Shown here in pieces: positions 47,437 to 54,683 of a stretch of 54,683 nt of DNA (position 1 is its first letter; every line of letters starts with the position of its first letter). The position numbers and the translations under genes were made by a program. The notes under the pieces were generated by a model that was given only the letters and a program-made list of their open reading frames with translations, did no database searches and was not told the origin of the DNA. The stretch comes from an uncultured bacterium (GTDB taxonomy: Bacteria > UBP14 > UBA6098 > B30-G16): positions 1 through 54,683 of the forward strand of contig CBEVQY010000018.1 of the NCBI GenBank assembly GCA_965552135.1, written 5' to 3'.

Positions 47437-48135
47437 GTGGTGCGTCGGTTTTGGGTCTTTGTCCTTTTTGCGCTTGTGCTTTCGGCGTCGTGCTGGGGCT
47501 GGGTCGACGAGAAGCACAGGCTCACGCACCTTGCCCTCATGCCAACGGCGTACACCCTCGAGAAGGGCGAGTTAGCCATAGGGATCGGTCCTGTGGAGTA
47601 CGGTCTTCTGGACAACTTCGAGCTTGCGGCGAACCTTTTGGGTCTTGTTTTCGGCACGCTCTCCTTCGGCGCCAAGGCGAACGTCTACAACTCGCGCAGG
47701 ATAGCTTTTGCCCTTGGGGCGGCGTATTCCCACAGCACGGTCGAGGTAAGCACGGGAAGCGGGACGGATGAGGAGTCGTTCGATGTGCTTTCGGGCAGTG
47801 GCACCGCAAGCTTCGCCCTGGGAAAAAACACCTACCTCCACGCAGGTTACAGCCTTGGATATCTTCTAAGCTCCGTGGACATCGACAGCATCGAAGGCGG
47901 CATAGGCAACCTCACCTTCTCCGGCGGAGGCTCTGTAGGGCTCGAGTTTGACCTCAGCAAAACGAATATCCTCGGCGTCCACCTCTTGGGAGACCCCGTG
48001 ACCGAGCTCTTCGGTGTCGGAGCCATATATCAGTACTCCGGCAAGGTCTTCAATATAGGGCTTGGGGCTTACGGTATAGGCTTTGCCGGGACCGTTCTGC
48101 CGTTCCCTTACATAATACTTCACTGGCGCTTTTGA
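47437..48135 (+). CDS. Outer-membrane beta-barrel hypothetical protein
   Basis: Signal peptide, PTAYTLEKGE, YGL.DNFE, amphipathic strands, ends HWRF. Confidence 0.6.
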   Translation: MVRRFWVFVLFALVLSASCWGWVDEKHRLTHLALMPTAYTLEKGELAIGIGPVEYGLLDNFELAANLLGLVFGTLSFGAKANVYNSRRIAFALGAAYSHSTVEVSTGSGTDEESFDVLSGSGTASFALGKNTYLHAGYSLGYLLSSVDIDSIEGGIGNLTFSGGGSVGLEFDLSKTNILGVHLLGDPVTELFGVGAIYQYSGKVFNIGLGAYGIGFAGTVLPFPYIILHWRF

Positions 48136-48153
48136 CGCGGGGGCTTTGGGGCT

Positions 48154-51100
48154 TTGTTCAGGTTGCTTGCGATAACCTGTCTTTTTTCTGCGTGTTCGGT
48201 TTGGTGCGATTTTCGCGTTGTTGGCGTTGCCCAGATGCGCTTTCCGCCGCGCCAGGAGACGATCTCCGTGCCGAACCCAAACCCGCTCGTGGGGGCATCC
48301 CTGGCGCGGGAGAGGCGGTGGTCCCTCCCCAAAAGCGCTCTTGCGCGGGTTGAGACCGTTAGGGTTTGCGCCCTTCGGGTCCAGTTCCAGCCCGATTCGA
48401 CCCCAACAAGCACCGGCACGGGGCAGTTTGATCTCTCAAATCCCGATTCGGGCGATGTCTTCGACCCGCCGCCGCACGACAAAAAGTACTTCGCAGCTCA
48501 CCTCGAAGCGCTGGCGCGGTATTACCGCTTCGTCTCACACGGCAAGCTCGAGATCACCTACGACATCTACCCCGAAGCCGACAGCGCCGCCTACACGCTG
48601 CCCGATTCGATGGGCTACTACGGACCTTCGGGCTGGTACGGCGACGACCTCGGCGCAAGGGTTGCCGGATTCTTCTCCGACGCCGTTAGGCTTGCCGACT
48701 CGCTGGACTCCATCCCGTTTTGCGAATACGACGTCGTCATCGTCTTTCACGCGGGGAGCGATTGGCAGAACGACGTCGCCTCGCTTTATCCCGAATACGT
48801 CGGGCTTATCGAGGACTTCATCCCGAGCCCCGACGACCTCCCCACGGCGTTCATCGTTTTGCCCGACACCGTCGTTCCGTGCGTCGACAGGGGGATCGTC
48901 CTCCCGGAGTTCTGCTCCCAGGATGGGCAGACCGTTCTTCTCAACGGCGTCGTTGCCCACGAGTTCGGGCACGCCCTGGGGCTTGTGGACCTTTACTCCA
49001 CCTACGATTTCTACACCTGCGTTGGCTACATGAGCCTTATGGACTCCGGGCACAACATAGGCGTCGTTCTCGTCGACAGCCTGGGGAACGAGTACACCGT
49101 CTACGGTGCGCTGCCAGTGTATCCGTCGGCGTGGGAGAGGGCGTATCTGGGCTGGGAGGACGTCGTTGAGCTTGAGGTCGACGTCGACGGTTTCGTTCTC
49201 AGGGCGTGCGAGCTCCCGCCTTCGTCGGACGCCGAAGTTGGTGCCACCGTTGCGAAGGTGCCGATAGACGAGTTCGAGTACTTCCTGCTCGAGAACCGTC
49301 AGGCGGAGCCGTGGGGGCTTTGGAGCGACGCCGACGTTGCGCTCAAGCAGGACTCCACAACCGGCGTGATAATGGGCATACAGGTCGACGGCGAGTACGT
49401 TGGCGCCTACGACTACCTTCTCCCCGGAAGCGGGGTGCTTGTGTGGCACATAGATGAGCGCATAGCCTACGGCGACTACGACGGCGACGGCGTGAACAAC
49501 TTCCTCGACAACCAGCTCCAGTGGGATTGGCTTCATCCGTTCGTCAAGCTCGAGGAGGCTGACGGCGTTCCGGAGCTTGGCGCGGTGTGGGGGTATTTCG
49601 GCACGCAGGACGACTTCTTCTTCAGCCCCCACGCCACGCGCTTCGGTCCACAAACGCACCCGGCAACCGTCAACTACGAAGGCGGCAGAACGGGCATAGA
49701 TATCTACGATATATCTGGATCCGATACGCTTATGAGCTTTTCGCTTCGGTGGGTTCCTCCGGCGCTTCGGTGGAGGAGGACAGTCGGTTTTCCGCTTGAG
49801 GGCGACGTTGTTTTGTTCGACCTCGACGGCGACGGCGCGGACGAGATCATGACGACGACGTGCGGGATGCTCCTTATCTGGCGCGCCTGGGGCGACAAGT
49901 TCGTGGACAACGCCGACTCGGTTGGGCTTATAGTCTACGATGGCGACACACTTCTCTTCCCGCTGCCCGTTGCGTTCGACGTGGACACCGAGGCGACGGC
50001 GCCCTCCGTTGGCGACATCGACGGAGACGGCGCGCCGGAGATCGTGGTGGGTGATTGCGCTGGAAGGCTTTGGGCGCTCGATGCCCAGACGACCTCGGCG
50101 AGGCTTCCTGTTTGTGGCGGCTTTCCCGTCGACTTGGGCGCGGCGGTTGCGTCGAGACCGCTTTTGTGGGACGTCGACGGCGACGGACGCGACGAAATCA
50201 TAGCCGCAGACGACCGCGGAACGGTCGTGTGCATATCCGGCGAGGGGAGCGTGCTTTGGCGATGCGACCTCCGCGGCGAGTTCATCGGTGCGCTCGGACT
50301 GCCGGGCGGTGACGTCGTCGTCGTTGCACAGCAGACGAGGGGACGCATCTTCAGGTTCGACGGGGACGGCAACCTCATAGCCCGCAGCGACATCCCAGCG
50401 GGCGACCTCGAGAGACCGGCGCTCGCCGTAACCGACGGCGAAACCCTTTTGGTTGTGGCGGGCAGCGCTATCACCGACACGACCAAGCCCTCCCCCTGGG
50501 GCGCCAGTGCCGGCGTCCTTTTGGCTGCGACGCTTGCGGGCGACGTTGCCCCGGGGTTCCCGGTTGCCCTGCCGGGGAAGCCGTCTGCGCCAGCACTCGC
50601 CAACCTCCGAAGCGACGACGGAGGCTTCCAGATAGTCTTCGTCGCCGAGACGCTCCTTTGCTGCTACAACAGCAACGGCACGCCGTGCGAGGGTTTTCCC
50701 GTTGTGCTTTTCGACGACAGCCTCGTTGGGGCGCCCGTGGTCGCCGATGCCGACGGAGACGGCAAGCCCGATATCCTCTTTCCGTCGACCGGACTTAGGC
50801 TTTACGGCTTTGCCGCGGATGGCGAGGAGGTCAGGGGCTTTCCGCTTTCGGCTGGCGCTTCGGTGTCGGCGCCGGCTGTAGGCGATATCGACGGCGACGG
50901 CGTGCTCGAGCTTTTCGTCGGGTCCTTCGAGGGAACGGCGCTCTGCTGGACGCTTACAGGCAGCGAGGCACCATGGGGGCAGATCACCTCGCCGAACGGA
51001 AACAGAACCCTTGTGTGGTCCGATGAGGCGGGCGCCTGCGAACAGGTCGCCGAGCTTAAAAGCTTCTACAACTACCCCAATCCCGCGGGGGAGGTCACTT

Positions 51101-51345
51101 ACTTCAGGTTTCTTGTTGTTCCCCGAGCATCCGGCATATCGAGGGTTTGCGGGACGGTGAGGATATACGATGAGTCCGGCAACCTCATAGCGACTTTGCG
51201 CGGCGAGGGCGAAGCGGGGTTGCCGGTCGAGATACCCTGGCAGACGGCGGGGGTCTCACCGGGGCTTTATTGGGCGCTCCTTGAGGTCGATGTGGACGGG
51301 CTTGCGAAAATCTCGAAAAAGCATATCGTTGCTTTGATAAAGTAA
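48154..51345 (+). CDS. Secreted M6-like zinc metalloprotease with FG-GAP/VCBS repeats and T9SS-like CTD
   Basis: IVFHAG, AHEFGHALGLVDLY, SLMDSG, EYFLLENR, GVLVWHIDE. Repeated DxDGDG..EI motifs. Tail NYPNP...IYD.SG...PG.Y. Confidence 0.88.
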   Translation: MFRLLAITCLFSACSVWCDFRVVGVAQMRFPPRQETISVPNPNPLVGASLARERRWSLPKSALARVETVRVCALRVQFQPDSTPTSTGTGQFDLSNPDSGDVFDPPPHDKKYFAAHLEALARYYRFVSHGKLEITYDIYPEADSAAYTLPDSMGYYGPSGWYGDDLGARVAGFFSDAVRLADSLDSIPFCEYDVVIVFHAGSDWQNDVASLYPEYVGLIEDFIPSPDDLPTAFIVLPDTVVPCVDRGIVLPEFCSQDGQTVLLNGVVAHEFGHALGLVDLYSTYDFYTCVGYMSLMDSGHNIGVVLVDSLGNEYTVYGALPVYPSAWERAYLGWEDVVELEVDVDGFVLRACELPPSSDAEVGATVAKVPIDEFEYFLLENRQAEPWGLWSDADVALKQDSTTGVIMGIQVDGEYVGAYDYLLPGSGVLVWHIDERIAYGDYDGDGVNNFLDNQLQWDWLHPFVKLEEADGVPELGAVWGYFGTQDDFFFSPHATRFGPQTHPATVNYEGGRTGIDIYDISGSDTLMSFSLRWVPPALRWRRTVGFPLEGDVVLFDLDGDGADEIMTTTCGMLLIWRAWGDKFVDNADSVGLIVYDGDTLLFPLPVAFDVDTEATAPSVGDIDGDGAPEIVVGDCAGRLWALDAQTTSARLPVCGGFPVDLGAAVASRPLLWDVDGDGRDEIIAADDRGTVVCISGEGSVLWRCDLRGEFIGALGLPGGDVVVVAQQTRGRIFRFDGDGNLIARSDIPAGDLERPALAVTDGETLLVVAGSAITDTTKPSPWGASAGVLLAATLAGDVAPGFPVALPGKPSAPALANLRSDDGGFQIVFVAETLLCCYNSNGTPCEGFPVVLFDDSLVGAPVVADADGDGKPDILFPSTGLRLYGFAADGEEVRGFPLSAGASVSAPAVGDIDGDGVLELFVGSFEGTALCWTLTGSEAPWGQITSPNGNRTLVWSDEAGACEQVAELKSFYNYPNPAGEVTYFRFLVVPRASGISRVCGTVRIYDESGNLIATLRGEGEAGLPVEIPWQTAGVSPGLYWALLEVDVDGLAKISKKHIVALIK

Positions 51346-51360
51346 GAGTTGGAGGTCGAT

Positions 51361-52227
51361 ATGGCGAGGCTCTTTTCCTTTGCGGCTTTTGTGTGGCTTT
51401 TGGGCGCAGCTTTCGGCGGCGTGATCCTTCCGCCTGATCAAACGGTCAAGGCATTCCTCCAGAAGGACTTGCAACCATTCGAGGCAGATGAAGAAAGGCT
51501 TTTTTCGAGCAAGGAGTTTCGTTCGACGAAGAGGGCGTTTTTCTACTCGCTCATCCTGCCGGGTGCGGGGGAGCTTTACGCAGGCTCGTACGTGAAGTCT
51601 GCGGCGTTTTTCGCCTGCGAGGCGGCGTTCTGGTCGGGGTTCTTCTTCTACCTCCACCGCTACAACGTCAAGGTCGACGAGTTCAGAGACTACGCCGACG
51701 AGCACTGGTACGAGGACGTATGGCGGCAGTGGTACGATTCCCTGTGCGCACTCAAGGACACCACCGAGCTCGGGATAGAGATCCTGCCGGATGAGCACAA
51801 CCAGCAGTACTACGAGATGATAGGCAAGTACGACTGGTTCACCTTTGGCTGGGACGACGTTGTGGAGCGCGACGACTACGACAGCCTCGTTCAGGCAAGC
51901 TACGAGATGGCGGGTCTCTATCCCGCCGACCAGGTGCACGAGGTTTTGGTCAGGGATATCCTTTCGAAGATCCCCTCGCCGCACCGCGAGCACTACATGG
52001 AGATGCGCAACGACGCGAACGAGCAGTACACCATAGCCAAGTACTTCGTTGGCGCGGCGATAGTGAATCACCTTCTTTCCGCCTTCGACGCAGCCTGGAC
52101 GGTCAAGCGCCGAAACGACAGGCTGTATAAAGGCTTTTCGGGGATACAGTCGATAAGACTTCGCCCCTTTGTCGCGATGAGGGGCGGCAGACCGACGCCG
52201 TCTTTCGCACTTACCGCAACCTGGTAA
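51361..52227 (+). CDS. Conserved hypothetical membrane/exported protein (DUF5683-like)
   Basis: K.AFFYSLILPGAGELYAG, QYYEMIGKY..F..GWDD, NHLLSAFDA. Confidence 0.65.
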   Translation: MARLFSFAAFVWLLGAAFGGVILPPDQTVKAFLQKDLQPFEADEERLFSSKEFRSTKRAFFYSLILPGAGELYAGSYVKSAAFFACEAAFWSGFFFYLHRYNVKVDEFRDYADEHWYEDVWRQWYDSLCALKDTTELGIEILPDEHNQQYYEMIGKYDWFTFGWDDVVERDDYDSLVQASYEMAGLYPADQVHEVLVRDILSKIPSPHREHYMEMRNDANEQYTIAKYFVGAAIVNHLLSAFDAAWTVKRRNDRLYKGFSGIQSIRLRPFVAMRGGRPTPSFALTATW

Positions 52228-52288
52228 AGTCGCTTGATACGAAGACGACAAAGGGCTATATTGATATAAAACTCAGTGGAGGTGGGTG

Positions 52289-54683
52289 ATGAGAGCGAAG
52301 TTTTGGGCTTTTTTGTTGGCTTTGTTTGCCCTTGCCTTTGGCGGCGAGGTCGATGAGCTTCTTTCGAGCGCGCCTGATCCCGTTTCGGACCCTTCGGGCT
52401 ATCGTCTTTGGAAATACGAGTACGGTCGCGCCACGGGCGCCATATCCGACGCCGAGTTTCACAGGCTTGTCGCCTTGGACGCGCTCGTCGTTGAGCGCGT
52501 TGAGAACGGCTACGTTGCCGCCGACGTTGACCTCGACGGCGACGACGGCTCCTTCGAGGAGGGCGGTGCGCCCGCAGGCGACTCCTCCTACGTCAAACTC
52601 ACCTTCGGCTGGCCCAGCGACGGCTGGACGGAGTGGGTGATGTTCTACGTCGACGGCAACTGGGCGAAAACCGACCACGACCACACGATCGAGCCGGCCG
52701 ACACCCATTGGGTTTCCGGCGAGACGACGTTCGTTGTCTGGGAGAGCTGGCACGGCGTTTACATACGCGAGGAGATAACGCCAGTAAGCTTGGGTTCCAC
52801 GCCGGGCGTAAGCGAGCACATAAAGTTTAAGGCGGTGATGAAGCCCGCCGACGGCGACTGCCACGACGTCGGCTGCATAGTCTACTACGATACCATGCTC
52901 GACTGGAACGACGCCGCTCCCATAGCCACCGCCTTCGGCTACACCGGCGTTGCCGAGATTTTCTTCGACACGACCGACGTGGGCATTCCGCCCATCTGGC
53001 ACGCCTACGAAAACTCGTTCCCGCCGGCGCCGGGCGATATCGTCGCCACGGGGATCCTGACGGGATACGACGCCTACGACAATCCGCCGAACGTCTTCTG
53101 GTACGGATACTGGCCGTACTCCGTGGGCAACGGCTGGGACGACAGCGATTGGATAGCCGATACGGGCTCCCCGTTCACCGACTCGTCGACGATGGTCAAG
53201 TGGTACCCTCAGCACGTCTGCCCCGGGGACTCCGTGGTGTTTGTGACGTATTACGGGATAGGCGTTGTCGACCTGGGCGTCACCATAGAACACACGCCGC
53301 CCGAGTTCGAGCCTGTGTGCGGCAACCTCTCGCCCAACCCCGCGGAGATAGACGCGATCATCACCAACGGAAACACGATGTCCCTCACCGACGTCACTGT
53401 CTTCCTCGACCTAGGCGAGTGCGACCTCATCTACGCCGGCGGGGATCCGAACCCCGAGTCGTTCGCCTCGATCGGTGGCTTCGGCGGGACCCAGGCGGTC
53501 CACTGGCTTGTATACGCGCCGCCGGAGGCGTTCGGAACGACCCAGTGCTACAACATAATCGAGATCTCAAACGAGGACACGACGATAGAGCACTACTGCG
53601 TCGATCTTCCTGCGGCTCTTCCGATGGCGGAGCTTGGGTCGGCTTGGTTTTCCGAGGAGACGGACTGCGACGGCGCGAACGCCGTTGAGATCTGCTACGA
53701 CATAACCACCTGCGACGACGCCTTCGTTCCCGTTGGCGTCGAGATCTCCACGGACGACGGGGCGAGCTGGTTTGTCCCCACCGAGCTCTACGACACCACA
53801 GGCGCGATAGGCGCCAACGTCACCACGGGAACCCACTGCTTCACCTGGCTCGCAAGCGAAGAGCTTCCGGACGTGGAGCTTGATAACCTTCGCGTCAAAA
53901 TCGAATACCTCGGCACGGACACGCTCGTCACCTACGAGCACGTTGTTGCGGAGACCGTTGGTGTCCTCGACACCCGCCCGCCGGAGGTCGTCGCCTTCTG
54001 CCCCGGGGAGACCCTGTTTTTGGGCGACACAGTCGTCTTCGGCTGGGAGCTTTCCGATTTCGCTCCCCACAGCGCGGAGCCCTGCAGCGTTGTGGTTAAC
54101 TACTGCATCGGCGCCGACACGTTTGTCGTTGCAGATTCGCTCGTCTGGACGCCCCCTGCCGGCGTGCTGTGCGACTCGGCGGAGCTTCTCGTCGTCGCGC
54201 CCGACTCCTTCTGCAACTGGGGGGTCGCAAACTGCTACTTCCACGTCGTCACCGTAGGGGGGATATCGCTGTCCTTCCCGACCGTCACCGCGCCCGGCTG
54301 CGACACCGCCGATGTGGAAATTGCCATCGACTCCTCATTTGCGCCCGTCACATCGGGGTTCACCTTATATCTTGATCTGAACACCGACATAGCCGAGCCT
54401 GTTGGCTTTGTGCCTGGGGTTTCGCCCGCGCCCGACTCGGTGGCGCTTCTTTACGACGGCGCCTGGAAGCTTTACCTGGGCTGGGACGATAGGGTGGTCC
54501 TCAGCGGCGACCGCCTCGGCATACTCAAACTTTTCATCAACTGTAACGCGGTTGGCGGAGACTTCACACCAATAGATATCGACAGCTTCGAAAGCGACCT
54601 CATTCAAATAAACTGGACCGATGGCGTAGTTATAGTTGACTACACGCCTGATCCTTGGCTTTTGGAGGTTAGGTTTGATGATA
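52289..54683 (+). CDS. Large secreted acidic multidomain protein (3' partial)
   Basis: Absent from the ORF track because it runs off the window. GGAGG RBS, ATG 52289, signal MRAKFWAFLLALFALAFG. No stop found in hand translation to the window end. Ig-like and cohesin-like segments. Confidence 0.8.
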   Translation, partial: MRAKFWAFLLALFALAFGGEVDELLSSAPDPVSDPSGYRLWKYEYGRATGAISDAEFHRLVALDALVVERVENGYVAADVDLDGDDGSFEEGGAPAGDSSYVKLTFGWPSDGWTEWVMFYVDGNWAKTDHDHTIEPADTHWVSGETTFVVWESWHGVYIREEITPVSLGSTPGVSEHIKFKAVMKPADGDCHDVGCIVYYDTMLDWNDAAPIATAFGYTGVAEIFFDTTDVGIPPIWHAYENSFPPAPGDIVATGILTGYDAYDNPPNVFWYGYWPYSVGNGWDDSDWIADTGSPFTDSSTMVKWYPQHVCPGDSVVFVTYYGIGVVDLGVTIEHTPPEFEPVCGNLSPNPAEIDAIITNGNTMSLTDVTVFLDLGECDLIYAGGDPNPESFASIGGFGGTQAVHWLVYAPPEAFGTTQCYNIIEISNEDTTIEHYCVDLPAALPMAELGSAWFSEETDCDGANAVEICYDITTCDDAFVPVGVEISTDDGASWFVPTELYDTTGAIGANVTTGTHCFTWLASEELPDVELDNLRVKIEYLGTDTLVTYEHVVAETVGVLDTRPPEVVAFCPGETLFLGDTVVFGWELSDFAPHSAEPCSVVVNYCIGADTFVVADSLVWTPPAGVLCDSAELLVVAPDSFCNWGVANCYFHVVTVGGISLSFPTVTAPGCDTADVEIAIDSSFAPVTSGFTLYLDLNTDIAEPVGFVPGVSPAPDSVALLYDGAWKLYLGWDDRVVLSGDRLGILKLFINCNAVGGDFTPIDIDSFESDLIQINWTDGVVIVDYTPDPWLLEVRFDD

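Overview
Bacterial chromosomal window, mostly GC-rich with clearly AT-richer inserts. It probably comes from an anaerobic FCB-group lineage; this is inferred from PorV-like barrels, type IX secretion (T9SS)-like C-terminal sorting domains and hypA/hypB. The backbone carries hypA, a GAF-PAS histidine kinase and HD-GYP regulator pair, scpAB, a KamA-like radical SAM enzyme, a PmbA/TldD protein, hypB, purM, yigZ, S8/M23/M6 peptidases, tRNA-Asn/Ser/Arg and tmRNA (tag ATNTYAMVA). Between pmbA and tRNA-Asn (about 10.65-26.97 kb) is an accessory region. Its core is a candidate defence locus: N6-adenine type IIG-like methyltransferase, single-chain DarT-DarG fusion, small winged-HTH and PLD-nuclease/SNF2 helicase. 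This block is bracketed by a diverged duplicate of the pmbA 3' end, and an AT-rich island encoding a 1271-aa secreted protein follows it. A second highlight is a PorV-like barrel split by a roughly 450-aa beta-propeller with three LysM-like inserts. All calls are by-eye motif recognition; no searches were run.
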